Shown one piece after another: positions 45,414 through 55,554 of a DNA stretch of 64,000 nucleotides. Position numbers and translations under genes: made by a program. The notes below the pieces were generated by a model. That model saw only the letters and a program-made list of their open reading frames with translations. It ran no database searches and was not told the DNA's origin. Source of the stretch: Acidobacteriota bacterium (GTDB taxonomy: Bacteria; Acidobacteriota; Polarisedimenticolia; J045); NCBI GenBank assembly GCA_024763475.1, contig JANTFM010000001.1, forward strand, positions 7,879-71,878. The letters are read 5' to 3'. The stretch's first letter is position 1. Every line of letters starts with the position of its first letter.

Positions 45414-46397
45414 CTAGCTTCGCGCGGGAACGAGCGAGCGGGCGGCACCCTTGGCGCGCGCTTCGAGTTCGTGAATGAAGAGGGAGAGCTTCTCGCGGGA
45501 GGTGGCGTGGCCGTTCTCCTCGAGTTGCTCGCGAAGCCACTGCACATCGTCCCATTGCCGCTGATCGAGCGCTTCGAGGAGGCGCCGGTACATGCCGAGA
45601 GCCTTGCGCCGGGCGACGGGCAGGGGCAACGAGATGCCCTCCTTCTCGGCCGCCTGGGCACAGAAGTCGTAGGAGAGCCAGTCGTACTTCATCGTTCGCC
45701 GGATGTCTGCTCTCGAGGTGAGGGATCCCGCGTGAATCCGGCGAATGGCCAGGGGTTCTGCGATACAGGAAACGGCGTAGAGCATCGTCATCCGCAGCCA
45801 GAGTTCGAAGTCCTGCGCCTTGCGCATCTCGACGTTAAACAGGCCGACATGCCGCAGCGCCTTCCTTCGTGCGACGACCGTCGAGGGCGGCATCGTGAAG
45901 GACTCCATGTAGAGTTCCTCGAACACCCGCTGGTTCGAGCGCGTGGGGACAACTCGCGGCGGGCCGATCGCCTGCCACTCGAAGTCGGTGTCCTGGGATC
46001 CGCTGTAGCAGAGGCCGAGTTCGGGGTACTTCTCGAACTCCGGGACCTGCCGCTCGAGCTTTTCGGGAAGCCACTTGTCGTCCGCATCGAGGAAAGCGAC
46101 CAGCGGTGAGCCAGCGGCCTCGATTCCCGTGTTGCGGGCAATGTTTCCTCCCCGGTTTTCGGGGAAGAGGATCGGCTGGATCGAATCGCCCATCGAGAGG
46201 AGGAGATCCGCCGTACCATCGCTCGAGCCGTCATCAACCACGAAGATCGTTGTCGGGGGCAGCGTCTGCGCCAGAACAGATTCCACCGCGTCTCCGACAC
46301 AGTCAGCGGCGTTGTAGGCAGGTATAACTACGTCGTAACACAAGCGCTGGGACACAGACCACCTCGCGAGTTCCGTACAAACTCCAAGGCCCAACAT
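45414..46397 (-). CDS. Glycosyltransferase family 2
   Basis: Motifs YDVVIPAYNAADCVGDAVESVLAQT, FVVDDGSSDGT, and the DXD FLDADDKW. Confidence 0.75.
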   Translation of the reverse strand: MLGLGVCTELARWSVSQRLCYDVVIPAYNAADCVGDAVESVLAQTLPPTTIFVVDDGSSDGTADLLLSMGDSIQPILFPENRGGNIARNTGIEAAGSPLVAFLDADDKWLPEKLERQVPEFEKYPELGLCYSGSQDTDFEWQAIGPPRVVPTRSNQRVFEELYMESFTMPPSTVVARRKALRHVGLFNVEMRKAQDFELWLRMTMLYAVSCIAEPLAIRRIHAGSLTSRADIRRTMKYDWLSYDFCAQAAEKEGISLPLPVARRKALGMYRRLLEALDQRQWDDVQWLREQLEENGHATSREKLSLFIHELEARAKGAARSLVPARS

Positions 46398-46454
46398 AGC
46401 CGTCTCTTCCGAAAGAATCGAGTCCCTATCGATCGCGGCCGGAGGACCTGCGGG

Positions 46455-47378
46455 CTACTTGGGTTGGAGGCGCAGATCATCGAGAAAGAGCACGCGCTCC
46501 TGGGTCAATTCCTTGAGAAGGAAGACCACCGTCTTGATTCGTGATGTGTCGATCTTCCGATGTTGTCCCCCGACAACGAGATTCTCGAGTTCGATATGGA
46601 GGGTGTTGGGCCCGGGTGCAAGATCTACGCGCTTCAGGAATCGCTCCTTGGGGTCCCGGTAGGCGAGTTCGTCCGTGATCTTCACGAAGAAGGGTAGTGG
46701 ATCCTCTCCGGCGACGAAGACCTGCAGGTCGAGCCGGTGATAGGCGCTCCAGTCGTGGGGGGGATCGCTGAAGACGACTGCCGGCCGGGTGCCCGGCGAG
46801 AACCTGCACTTGAGCGAGTAACTTCCGGAATGCGGGTGTTCCGTTGCCAGGCGAAGGGCACAGCCGCCGCTGCCCTGCCAGGGCAGCAGGTCTCCCGCGC
46901 CCTCGAAGTCGGCGAGGACGGGAAGGCGCAGGGCTCGCGCGTGTTCTTCACCAAAAACCCAGAGCGTTCGGGCCACGGGCCAGGCGCTCAGAAGCACGAG
47001 TGCGAGAACGACGAGAACGATTCGCCTCGGTGTGGGGTCGTCCAGGGCAGCCATGAGCGCGAGGGCCGCAGCGATGCCAGCCAAGTCGACAGCGAGGTCT
47101 CCAAGGGAAGCTTCTCCCGTTCCCAGGAGCGCCTGCAGGCCCTCGATGGCGACACAGATCGCGAGGGTCAAAGCGGCTGCGGGCACGAGATGGCGCAGGA
47201 GGCGGGTGAGAAGCCAGCAAAGGAGTGCGGCCAGGGGCAAGTGTGCGAGGTCCATCAACGCGGAGGCCCGAGGGACGCCGTCCAGCTGCGGCGTCGGGAG
47301 CAGGGGGATCGCGGCCAGCCCAAGGAGGGCCGCCGAGAGCAGCAACCGGCTACTTCGCGTGGACGGCGCCTGGTCCAT
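46455..47378 (-). CDS. VanZ-like membrane protein with a C-terminal extracytoplasmic beta-rich domain
   Basis: VanZ-like core AIEGLQALLGTGEASLGDLAVDLAGIAAALAL, ~4 TM helices, and a C-terminal 170-aa soluble domain. Confidence 0.45.
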   Translation of the reverse strand: MDQAPSTRSSRLLLSAALLGLAAIPLLPTPQLDGVPRASALMDLAHLPLAALLCWLLTRLLRHLVPAAALTLAICVAIEGLQALLGTGEASLGDLAVDLAGIAAALALMAALDDPTPRRIVLVVLALVLLSAWPVARTLWVFGEEHARALRLPVLADFEGAGDLLPWQGSGGCALRLATEHPHSGSYSLKCRFSPGTRPAVVFSDPPHDWSAYHRLDLQVFVAGEDPLPFFVKITDELAYRDPKERFLKRVDLAPGPNTLHIELENLVVGGQHRKIDTSRIKTVVFLLKELTQERVLFLDDLRLQPK

Positions 47379-48411
47379 AGGTCCTGACCTTGCCTCGCTT
47401 CAGAAACGACGAGAGGAAGCCAACCCCAAGCCCGGCGTGAATCGTGGGGAAAATCGCCAGGTAGCGCAGGAGATGCGCGAAGGATGTGCCCCGTGCCAAC
47501 GCGAAGGAGGCGATGACAACGAGCAGGGCGTAAAAGGAGACGCATCCCGCTGCGAAGAGGAACAGCGGCCAGGACAGGAACGGCAGGAAAGGCAGCGCGA
47601 CGAGCCCCAGGACGAAGAGCGGAGGGATCAGCTGCCCAACGCTGATCTCCGAGGGGTGCTGACGCAGGTACTTGTAACGGCCGTAGCCGTAGCGGTGCAT
47701 TTGCCTGAAGAGGCCGCGCAAGCTGTCCCGCGCGTAGTAGAGCACGGTCAGCGAGGGGCTGGTGAAGCAGGTCATTCCGGCTTCGTCGACGCGCGTGTTG
47801 AACTCGAGATCTTCACCGGCGTCGAACTCCTCGTTGACGTAACCAATCTCCTCGAAGACCTCTTTGCGGTACGCCGCCCCCATGCTTGCCGCGGGAGCGA
47901 AACCCTCGAAGTCGCTGTGAATGAACGAGCTCGGCGAATGACCCAGGCGAGAAGCGCGGGCGTTGGAGATCGCCTCGGACATCGATCCGGGATGCGTGGC
48001 AAGCAGCGGCTGTGGCCGGCCGAGGCAGGCCGCCTTCGACACGAAGAAGCAGCGCGCGATACTCGCGAGAAGCTGATCATCCGGCAGGCGAACATGTCCG
48101 TCGATGACAACGGATACCTCTCCCCGGGCCGCCTTGAAGCCCACGTTGCGTCCGACGGAAGATCGGCGCCCCGGGTTGTCGATCAGGCGTACGCGCGGAT
48201 CTTCCTCCGAGAGGCGTCGGACGATCTCACGCGTGGAATCATCACTCATCCCGTCACAGACCAGGATCTCGAGGAGACTCCCGGGGTAGTCCTGGTCGAG
48301 GATCTGGCGAATCGTCCCCTCGAGGAAGCGCTCCTCGTTGCGTACGGGCATCACGACCGTGATGAACGGCTGCGCGTCAAGTGGTGGCCAGCGATCCTCT
48401 CGAGCGGTCAT
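47350..48411 (-). CDS. Glycosyltransferase family 2 with a C-terminal membrane domain
   Basis: Motifs ITVVMPVRNEERFLEGTIRQILDQDYP, the DXD CDGMSDDST, and a C-terminal ~4 TM helices. Confidence 0.75.
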   Translation of the reverse strand: MTAREDRWPPLDAQPFITVVMPVRNEERFLEGTIRQILDQDYPGSLLEILVCDGMSDDSTREIVRRLSEEDPRVRLIDNPGRRSSVGRNVGFKAARGEVSVVIDGHVRLPDDQLLASIARCFFVSKAACLGRPQPLLATHPGSMSEAISNARASRLGHSPSSFIHSDFEGFAPAASMGAAYRKEVFEEIGYVNEEFDAGEDLEFNTRVDEAGMTCFTSPSLTVLYYARDSLRGLFRQMHRYGYGRYKYLRQHPSEISVGQLIPPLFVLGLVALPFLPFLSWPLFLFAAGCVSFYALLVVIASFALARGTSFAHLLRYLAIFPTIHAGLGVGFLSSFLKRGKVRTYGPGAVHAK

Positions 48412-49529
48412 CGTGGCCCGGCTCCGTCATAAAGAGACATCAGCCGGTCGGCCTGGGCCTCGAAGGTGAACTCACCTTCGACATGTTGCCGGGCGGCGTC
48501 GGCCATGGCGTGGACCGCTGCAGGATCCCCGAGGGCACGCTCGATGGCTCCTGCGAGAGCCGCCGCATCACCGGAGGGCACCAGCAGCCCGGTGCGCGAG
48601 TCTTCGATCAGCTCCGGAACGCCGCCGACCGCCGTCGCGATGACCGGCGTCTCGGCCACGAAGGCTTCGAGCACGACGTTGGGGAGGCCTTCGGTATACG
48701 AGGGATTCACGACGAGGGTACTCGCCGCGAGGCAGCCGAGAACGTCTCGCCGAAAGCCCGCCAGGTGAATGCGCTCGCGCCCTGCCTGGTGTGCGGCCTG
48801 GTGCTCAAGAGCCGCGGCGAGTGGTCCGTCGCCGAGAATGAGTAGGTGGAGATCCCCGTGTTTCGACGCGAGCCTGCCGAAGGCGTCGATCAGGATCGCG
48901 TGGCCCTTCTCCGGGCTGAGCCTTCCCGCAGCCACGAGAATTCTGGCGTCAGCCGGGATAGCGAAAGCCTCGTGGAGATCAACGGCGGAGAGTTCCTTCG
49001 TCACATGGACGGCGTTATGTACGGTGTGTGCACGGCGCGCATCGATCCCGCGATCGATCAGGAATTGGCGTGTCCCCTCCGAGACGCAGATCACGCCTGG
49101 CACGCGGCGCAGCACCGCAAGATCAAGACGCTCGTAGAGCTTGACCTTCCAGTCCTCGCCGGTGAAGCCCCGCATGTGCACGAAGTGTGGAATCGTCCGT
49201 CCCCATCCCGCAAGGAGGCCGACCAGGTCTGACTTGTATCCGTGGGTGACGAGAACATCGATGCTGCGGGTCGCGAGCTCGGAGCGAAGCAGGGAGATGG
49301 CCCCGGGACTGAAGGAGGAACGGGTTTCGATCTGGAAGGTCTCGAGTCCCGCGTCCCTCGCACGGGTGTCGAGTTCCACCGCGCTGCGTCCCTCGCGAAA
49401 GGTCGCGACGACACCGGCCCAGCGGCTCGTGTCGAGGCAGCGGCAGTGCTCGAGGATCTGTTTTTCCGGGCCGCCGAAGAAGTTCGTGGCCCGAAGGTGG
49501 CAGACCTTACGCGGACCTGCCGAATTCAC
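48408..49529 (-). CDS. Glycosyltransferase family 4 (Glycos_transf_1)
   Basis: The GTG start at 49529 (VNSAGPRKVCHL) overlaps the upstream acetyltransferase stop (GTGA). The GT4 C-terminal motif is EGLPNVVLEAFVAETPVIATAVGGVPELIED. The long 5' extension to 49994 is rejected. Confidence 0.7.
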   Translation of the reverse strand: MNSAGPRKVCHLRATNFFGGPEKQILEHCRCLDTSRWAGVVATFREGRSAVELDTRARDAGLETFQIETRSSFSPGAISLLRSELATRSIDVLVTHGYKSDLVGLLAGWGRTIPHFVHMRGFTGEDWKVKLYERLDLAVLRRVPGVICVSEGTRQFLIDRGIDARRAHTVHNAVHVTKELSAVDLHEAFAIPADARILVAAGRLSPEKGHAILIDAFGRLASKHGDLHLLILGDGPLAAALEHQAAHQAGRERIHLAGFRRDVLGCLAASTLVVNPSYTEGLPNVVLEAFVAETPVIATAVGGVPELIEDSRTGLLVPSGDAAALAGAIERALGDPAAVHAMADAARQHVEGEFTFEAQADRLMSLYDGAGPR

Positions 49530-50116
49530 GCGGGCGTCTCCTGGCCACGGTCCTTGATCTTCTTTGCGGGGTTTCCCGCCGCGATGGCCATCTCGCCAAT
49601 GGGCTTGACGACAACGGAGCCAGCGCCGATGACCGAGGCTCGCCCGACGTCCGCCATGATGACACTGCCTTCTCCGATCCAGGACTGCGCGCCGATCGAG
49701 ACGCACTCGAAGACGCCTTCTTGCTGGTTGATGGCCTCGTCGGTACCGGTTCCGTGCTGCCGGCGGCCCGAGAGGATGCTCACCCGCGAAGCGAGAAGCG
49801 TGTCGTCGCCTAGAATGCAGGTGCCAAGAATGCAGTAGAGCCCGACCCAAACCCGCGCGCCGATCCGCGCCGTCGGCTGCGTGATTACCGAGCCGAAGTG
49901 CATATCGAAGTCCCAGGGGCACTCGGGGAGGACGAGGCAGTAGAAGGCCCGCCGGATGTAGCGCCCGAAGTATCCCGGAATCAACGCCATACATTGTGCA
50001 GCGGTCCCGTAGGGAATCTCCGTGCCGAGAGCCAGGCCGAGGCGGGCGTAGATCACCAGTGGGGCCGCGAGGATGGCTGCGAGACCGTTGAGCAAGCCCT
50101 TGATCAGCGTCTTCAT
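49526..50116 (-). CDS. Hexapeptide-repeat (left-handed beta-helix) sugar O-acetyltransferase, WcaF/WcaB-like
   Basis: The C-terminal half has imperfect hexapeptide repeats (IGAQSWIGEGSVIMADVGRASVIGAGSVVV). It also has an N-terminal TM helix. Confidence 0.65.
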   Translation of the reverse strand: MKTLIKGLLNGLAAILAAPLVIYARLGLALGTEIPYGTAAQCMALIPGYFGRYIRRAFYCLVLPECPWDFDMHFGSVITQPTARIGARVWVGLYCILGTCILGDDTLLASRVSILSGRRQHGTGTDEAINQQEGVFECVSIGAQSWIGEGSVIMADVGRASVIGAGSVVVKPIGEMAIAAGNPAKKIKDRGQETPA

Positions 50117-51312
50117 GACCAGTTCAACTCCGGGCCAACACGGGTCTGTTGAGTGAAGTATTCGTACCAGGTTTCGAGTACGGCAGCCATCGAGAAACGC
50201 TGTTCGACCTGCTCTCGAGCCATCCGGCCCATGCGGGTCCGGCTGAGCTCACTGGCGCAGAGCGAGCGCATGGCTTCGGCCAGAGCCTCGGGGTCGTCCG
50301 CTGCGACGAGATGCCCGTTCGCTCCCTCCGTCACAAGTTCCCCATTGCCTCCGACATCGGTGGCTATCGAGGGAAGGCCACTGGCCAGGTACTCGAGGAG
50401 CGAATTGCTCAGGCTCTCGGCCTTCGATGGCAGAACGCCGATGTCGAAGCTGCGCAGGAGCTCTGGGCCGTCCGTGCGGGAGCCGAGGAAGCTGATTTGT
50501 CCTTCTATCTCGAGCGCGCGCGCCTGGGCAACAAGGGCGTCGTGCTCGGACCCTCCGCCGACCAGAACGAGCCGGGCTTGCGGCAGGTCGCGGGTCATGA
50601 GGGCAAAAGCGTCGAGTAGCCCCGGGTGGCCCTTGATCGGCCGCAGGTTGGCAACACAGCCGATGAGCAGCTCGTTCCGTGAGAATCCCAGCTGTGTCCG
50701 CAGAGCCTGCTTCTCGCCTTCTCGGGGTGGCCGAAAAAGATCGGTGTCAATGGCGTTGGGAATGACCTTGATCCGGGAGGGATCGACCTTTTCCGCTCGA
50801 GCCGTATACTCGGCGACCGCGGAAGAATTCGCGACGAAAGCCCGCGTCATTCGATTGAGCCAGCGCAGCTTCCTGAGTTCCCAGGGTGTGTGCCAGTAGC
50901 CCAGGCCCAGGTTGCGGCGGCTGGAGATCACCGGCGTGCCAGTGGACCAAGCCGCGAGGGTCCCGGCGAAGTTGGCGTCCCGGAAGAAGGTCACGACAAG
51001 ATCGAGCATTTCGCGGCGAATCCAGTGCCGCATCCGCTGCAGGCCCCGCAGCCCTTCCGGGGAATAGAGCCGATGGAAACCGAGCAGCTCGCTGCGACAG
51101 CCGCAATCCAGGCTGCTGAGCGCGGGATTGTCCCAGAGACAGCAGAGGGCAGGGATGACACTCTTTCGGTCGAAATGACGCAACAGCAGAAGGAGTTGAT
51201 TCTCTGTCCCGCTGCCTGGCTGGAGGGTGTCGATGACGAAGCCGACCCGCACGGGACGTCCGGGATGCACGAGCTGATGTGGCGCGCTGCTCATGAACTG
51301 GCTTCGTGCCAC
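50113..51312 (-). CDS. Glycosyltransferase family 4
   Basis: Motif ESLSNSLLEYLASGLPSIATDVGGNGELV. 399 aa; the start may instead be at 51294. Confidence 0.7.
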   Translation of the reverse strand: MARSQFMSSAPHQLVHPGRPVRVGFVIDTLQPGSGTENQLLLLLRHFDRKSVIPALCCLWDNPALSSLDCGCRSELLGFHRLYSPEGLRGLQRMRHWIRREMLDLVVTFFRDANFAGTLAAWSTGTPVISSRRNLGLGYWHTPWELRKLRWLNRMTRAFVANSSAVAEYTARAEKVDPSRIKVIPNAIDTDLFRPPREGEKQALRTQLGFSRNELLIGCVANLRPIKGHPGLLDAFALMTRDLPQARLVLVGGGSEHDALVAQARALEIEGQISFLGSRTDGPELLRSFDIGVLPSKAESLSNSLLEYLASGLPSIATDVGGNGELVTEGANGHLVAADDPEALAEAMRSLCASELSRTRMGRMAREQVEQRFSMAAVLETWYEYFTQQTRVGPELNWS

Positions 51313-52538
51313 AGCGCGGCCTGCAGGCGCGCGATCTGCGGCCAGCTATAGCTGTCGTGGACGAGCTTGCGGCCGGCCTCACCGAGAAGGCGGCGCCGCT
51401 CCGCGTTTGCACGCAGTGCGAGGATCGCCTGGACGAAGTCATCCGCCTGGTCGGCGAGTAGCAGGTGCTCGCCGTCACGCACGTTGAGGCCTTCCGCACC
51501 CACGCGGGTCGAGACGACGGCCCGCCGCATGGAGAAGGCCTCGAGAATTTTCAGCCGGCTGCCGCCCCCGATGCGCAGGGGGACGACGAATACCGCGCCG
51601 CGGGCCATGAAAGGCCGTACGTCATCGACGGTTCCCGTCAACTCGATCTGGGGCTTGTCGCGGCAGCTCTCTTCGAGCCATGCCGGAGGATTGCGCCCTA
51701 CGACCAAGAGCTTGAAGTTGCCGTGCTGTTCGAGGCGGGGCAGGATCTCCTCCAGGAAGAAGACGACGGCATCCTGGTTCGGGCGCCAGTCCATCGAGCC
51801 GGTAAAGACCAGCGTATGGGGCTCCTCCGGTGTCCTATCTTGTCCGCCGGGATCCTGGAAGAAGTCGATATCGACGCCGTTGGGAACCACCTCGATCCGT
51901 CGGCAACCGAAGCCCCTCAAGGTCGTCGCATCCTCTTCGCTGACTGCGGTGGACCAGCGGGCACGGGCGAAGGTCTGCTTCTCGAAGCGGAGCATGCGCC
52001 GCGCCTGCATGGCGATGAAGGCACGCTTTGGCGCGAAGCTCTCTTGTTCGGCCATTCGGGTCCAGATCTGGGATTCCACGTTGTGCGCGGAGACGATCCA
52101 TGGCATGGAGACTCCGCGAAGGTAGTGGGCGTAGGGGGACCACTCCACATGAGCGAGATCGTAGGGGCGTTCCGCGACGAGTTCCCCGAGGCGGGTTCGG
52201 TACCCTGCACGGTAGTGGCTGTCTACGGAATAGGGGAGACTCGAGAAGAGGTTCATCGCGACCCTCAGGGGAAAGCCGAGGCCCGACTTGTCGGGCACCG
52301 AGCTCTCGGCGACGAGGACGCGAATCCCTCGTTTCTCGATCTCGGCGATGCCCCTGGATGTTGCGCCGTTCGAGTGAACCAGGAGGTCGATCTCGAACTC
52401 TTCGCTCAGGTTGGCCAGGAGGTTCAGCGTGCGGATTCGCTTGCCCGTGTTGACCGGAAACGGAATCTCCTCGTCGAGGACGAGGACACGTTTCCTCGGC
52501 CGACTTGCTTTGCCATCCATGGCCACTGTGCTTCCCAT
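51291..52538 (-). CDS. Glycosyltransferase family 4
   Basis: Motif GGSRLKILEAFSMRRAVVSTRVGAEGL. There is an alternative start at 52520. Confidence 0.65.
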   Translation of the reverse strand: MGSTVAMDGKASRPRKRVLVLDEEIPFPVNTGKRIRTLNLLANLSEEFEIDLLVHSNGATSRGIAEIEKRGIRVLVAESSVPDKSGLGFPLRVAMNLFSSLPYSVDSHYRAGYRTRLGELVAERPYDLAHVEWSPYAHYLRGVSMPWIVSAHNVESQIWTRMAEQESFAPKRAFIAMQARRMLRFEKQTFARARWSTAVSEEDATTLRGFGCRRIEVVPNGVDIDFFQDPGGQDRTPEEPHTLVFTGSMDWRPNQDAVVFFLEEILPRLEQHGNFKLLVVGRNPPAWLEESCRDKPQIELTGTVDDVRPFMARGAVFVVPLRIGGGSRLKILEAFSMRRAVVSTRVGAEGLNVRDGEHLLLADQADDFVQAILALRANAERRRLLGEAGRKLVHDSYSWPQIARLQAALWHEASS

Positions 52539-52561
52539 TCAGGACTCCGGGCGAGAGCGGA

Positions 52562-53398
52562 TCACTGCTTCTTGCGGTAATAGTCGTAGTAGTAGCTGCC
52601 CTCGTGATGCCCCTTGTCCAGGAAGTTCTTCGAGGCGCCGTTGAGCACGGTTCCGAGGATCGGAGCCGACTGCATCGACTCGAGGGCTCGGATATACAGG
52701 TGCTTCGGCGTCTTGCGCGAACGAAGCACCAGGATCGATCCATCCACCAGCGATCCGAGGGCGTCAGCGTCCGGGAAGGGAACGATCGGAGGCGTATCGA
52801 TCAACACGCGAGAATAGCTTTGCTTGATGACCGAGAGGAGCTGTGAGAAGCGTGAGGATGTGAGCGTCCTCACCGGGTCTGAAATTCCGTGGGTTGTCGG
52901 CAGAATGTGCAGGCTCGAGCCGGCCACCCTGTGCAATGCCGACGTGAGCGGATACTCGCCGTCCAGCACGCCCAAGAGGCCGCGCTTGGGGTAAGGGCGC
53001 ATCCACTGCCTCAGGGAAGGTCGTCTCAGATCGCAGTCGATCAGAATCGTCGGCGCTTCGGCATTTGTCGCGAACGCCAGCGCGAGATTCATCGAGACCG
53101 TGGATTTTCCGTCTCCCGGGATGGGACTGGTCACGATGAGCGTCTTGAAGGATGCCAGTTGCCCATGCGAGAGTTTGGTCTTGAGCCGAAGAAAGTTCTC
53201 GACGACCGGATCGTCAGCGCCATCGAGCAGAACGAGCTCGCCGGCATGCTCCAGCTTGACCGAATTCTCTGTATGCGCCGAATTTTCTGTGTGCGCCGAA
53301 TTCTCTGTGTTCGCCGACTCGTTGCTGAGCGCGGTTCTCGAAGAGGCACTCGTCGGCTTCTGATTCCTGGTCGAGGTCTTTCCATGGGAGCGGCTCAT
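52562..53398 (-). CDS. Cytoplasmic BY-kinase (tyrosine autokinase) catalytic subunit, CpsD/EpsB-type, with a C-terminal Tyr cluster
   Basis: Walker A is IPGDGKST and the C-terminal tail is YYYDYY. A low-complexity N-terminus (NTENSAHTENSAHTENS) is encoded by a 3 x 21-bp tandem repeat (53261-53314). Confidence 0.75.
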   Translation of the reverse strand: MSRSHGKTSTRNQKPTSASSRTALSNESANTENSAHTENSAHTENSVKLEHAGELVLLDGADDPVVENFLRLKTKLSHGQLASFKTLIVTSPIPGDGKSTVSMNLALAFATNAEAPTILIDCDLRRPSLRQWMRPYPKRGLLGVLDGEYPLTSALHRVAGSSLHILPTTHGISDPVRTLTSSRFSQLLSVIKQSYSRVLIDTPPIVPFPDADALGSLVDGSILVLRSRKTPKHLYIRALESMQSAPILGTVLNGASKNFLDKGHHEGSYYYDYYRKKQ

Positions 53399-54915
53399 CC
53401 GAGAATCCCCCCGTAGATGATGAGCACAGCCGCCAGGGCGGCCCCCGCGATGAGCGATGCGGCGAGGTTGGCCAAGGTCTTTGTTCGGCGTTCCTTGCGT
53501 GCGGCCGGTGTTCCGAGAAGGTCGATGTTGGCCAGGACCGTGACCTCGGAGAGGGCCTCGACGCCCACGGCGGAATGGATTCGCGGCGAGAAGAGACTGC
53601 GCAGCAGGAGAGGAGCAACGAAGAGGAGGAGTCCCGCGAGGGCAGACCCGCCATAGATCATGTTCTTCTGGGGGCTGATCGGGTTCTTCGCCGGGACCGC
53701 CTTTTCCACGACATCGAACTGGGATCCCTTGCGGGATTCCTCGACGCGCAACGAACCCTTCGCTTCCTGGTAGTTCCCTTCGAGCTTGTCGTAGCGCTGC
53801 TGGAGGACCTCGTAGCCCTTGGTCAACTCCGCGAGCTGCTGCTGAACCCTTGGAGAGGCTTCAACGCGGGACCGGTACAGGTCGACGTCCGCCCGCCACT
53901 TGCGCTCGAGATTCTCGAGCCGTGCGATCTCCTGCTCAACACTCTCGATCTCGACGTCAATCTCGCTGGATTGATTCGTCCTCTCTGGCGTGCTCCCAAC
54001 GCTTCGAGAGGCGATCTGCTCCTTGAGATCGATGATCTGGTGTGTGAGCGCCTTGACCGCGGGGTGCTCTGTCGTGTAGCGCAACTGCGTTGCGTGGAGT
54101 TCGTCCTCCAGCGTATGGAGGCGCTGGACGAGCGGATCCTCGATGATCGTTGGTGTGCCCTGGTCGAGCTCGGTGGCCCCGCGAGCCTTTTCCTCGCGAA
54201 GGATGCGGAGCCGGTCGCGGGCTTGCCCGAGTCTCTGCTCGTTCGCCTCGAGATCCGCCTGCCTGCCGGAGAGCAGCCTGAGATTTGCGTCGGAGTTTTC
54301 TGCAAGCTCATAGAGATGGGCGGAACGGAACTCTGCGATCCGCCTCTCTTTCGTCTCGAGCTGATCTCGCATTTCTCCGGCCAGACTTTCCAGGGTTCCG
54401 GCCGTGGACTCGGCCTGCCGCGTGCGGAGCTTGAAGTTCTCCGAGATGTAGATTTCGGCCAGGCTGTTGACGACATCGGCCGCTCGCTGAGGATCCGTAT
54501 CGCGATAGGTTAGAACGAAGAGTCCTGCTCCGCGCCGTGAGTCGAACTCAGCCAGGCGGACCGTGACCCGTTGTTGCAGTCGGGAAACCACCTTGCTGTG
54601 TTCCGCCGTGCCCCTGGGGAGCTGGAACACTTGCTCCACGAGCTGCGTGAGGTATTCGCGGCTGAGAACGGCCTCCTCGAGGGATCGAAGGCGTACGGAC
54701 ATGTCTTCGGTCACGGTGCTGCGCACGAAGTCCTTGGGGATCTGGCCAGGCGAGACAAAGATCTTCGTCTCGGATTCGTAGAGCTTGTCCGCGAACTCGT
54801 AGATCACGATACCGCAGGCAAGACCCAGGCAGAGGCCCGCGACGAGGGTCCACCACCAACGCAACGGGATGTGCAGGGCCTCGACGATCTGGATCATCTG
54901 TGGGTTGTTGTTCAA
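53395..54915 (-). CDS. Polysaccharide co-polymerase (PCP/Wzz-GumC family) transmembrane modulator of the BY-kinase
   Basis: Two TM helices flank a ~400-aa periplasmic coiled-coil domain. The N-terminal Wzz-like motif is LYESETKIFVSPGQ. ATGA-coupled to the kinase gene. Confidence 0.7.
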   Translation of the reverse strand: MNNNPQMIQIVEALHIPLRWWWTLVAGLCLGLACGIVIYEFADKLYESETKIFVSPGQIPKDFVRSTVTEDMSVRLRSLEEAVLSREYLTQLVEQVFQLPRGTAEHSKVVSRLQQRVTVRLAEFDSRRGAGLFVLTYRDTDPQRAADVVNSLAEIYISENFKLRTRQAESTAGTLESLAGEMRDQLETKERRIAEFRSAHLYELAENSDANLRLLSGRQADLEANEQRLGQARDRLRILREEKARGATELDQGTPTIIEDPLVQRLHTLEDELHATQLRYTTEHPAVKALTHQIIDLKEQIASRSVGSTPERTNQSSEIDVEIESVEQEIARLENLERKWRADVDLYRSRVEASPRVQQQLAELTKGYEVLQQRYDKLEGNYQEAKGSLRVEESRKGSQFDVVEKAVPAKNPISPQKNMIYGGSALAGLLLFVAPLLLRSLFSPRIHSAVGVEALSEVTVLANIDLLGTPAARKERRTKTLANLAASLIAGAALAAVLIIYGGILG

Positions 54916-54939
54916 GGTGTTCGTCTCCCTCGACCAGAC

Positions 54940-55554
54940 TCAGTTCACCAGGACCACATCGCCCGGTTCGAGATAGATGTTCTTCGCGCCCGTGCGGGCG
55001 TTGAATATCTTCTTGAGATCAACGCGGAAGCGCTCCTCGTTCGACCCTTTCTTACGGATCACGGTCACATCCTCGGAGGAAAACTCCGTCAGTCCTCCCG
55101 CCGCAGCGAGAACCTGCAGGAGTCCTGGAGCCTCGGAGAAGGTGAAGACTCCCTGGTTGGTGACCCGGCCCAGGACATAGATCTTGAAGGAGTTGATCTC
55201 CTCGACCATGACGGTGACATCTGGGTCGCGCATGTAGGTCGAAAGAAGCGTGGAGATGTGCGAACTGAGCTCCCCGGGCGTACGCCCAGCCGCTTCGACA
55301 TCCTTGACCAGAGGAAGGCTGATGAAGCCATCGGGACGGACACGGAGCGTCAGGTCTAATCCATTCTCACCCCAGACAACGAGATGGAGGACATCGTCGA
55401 TGCCGATGTGGTAAGGGGTGGGCTTCGACTCTGCGCCGTGTGCGGCATCCTGGGCCATGGGCAGTCCCAGCATGGTGCCGAGGATCGCGAGCGCGATGAA
55501 CACTCTCATGAAATACAGTCTCCCTCCGGGAGGACGGGGGTCCGTCCGGTTCAT
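54940..55554 (-). CDS. Polysaccharide export protein, Wza-like (Poly_export + SLBB), short form
   Basis: The Poly_export core is YHIGIDDVLHLVVWGENGLDLTLRVRPDGFISLPLVKDVEAAGRTPGEL. It has a signal peptide. There is an alternative start at 55509. Confidence 0.7.
   Translation of the reverse strand: MNRTDPRPPGGRLYFMRVFIALAILGTMLGLPMAQDAAHGAESKPTPYHIGIDDVLHLVVWGENGLDLTLRVRPDGFISLPLVKDVEAAGRTPGELSSHISTLLSTYMRDPDVTVMVEEINSFKIYVLGRVTNQGVFTFSEAPGLLQVLAAAGGLTEFSSEDVTVIRKKGSNEERFRVDLKKIFNARTGAKNIYLEPGDVVLVN

Noticed and set aside
48408-49994. 528-aa version of the GT4 gene
   Set aside because: The N-terminal 155 codons overlap the acetyltransferase gene and are Arg-rich with no domain. The GTG at 49529 gives a normal GT4 N-terminus (KVCHL...) and GTGA coupling.
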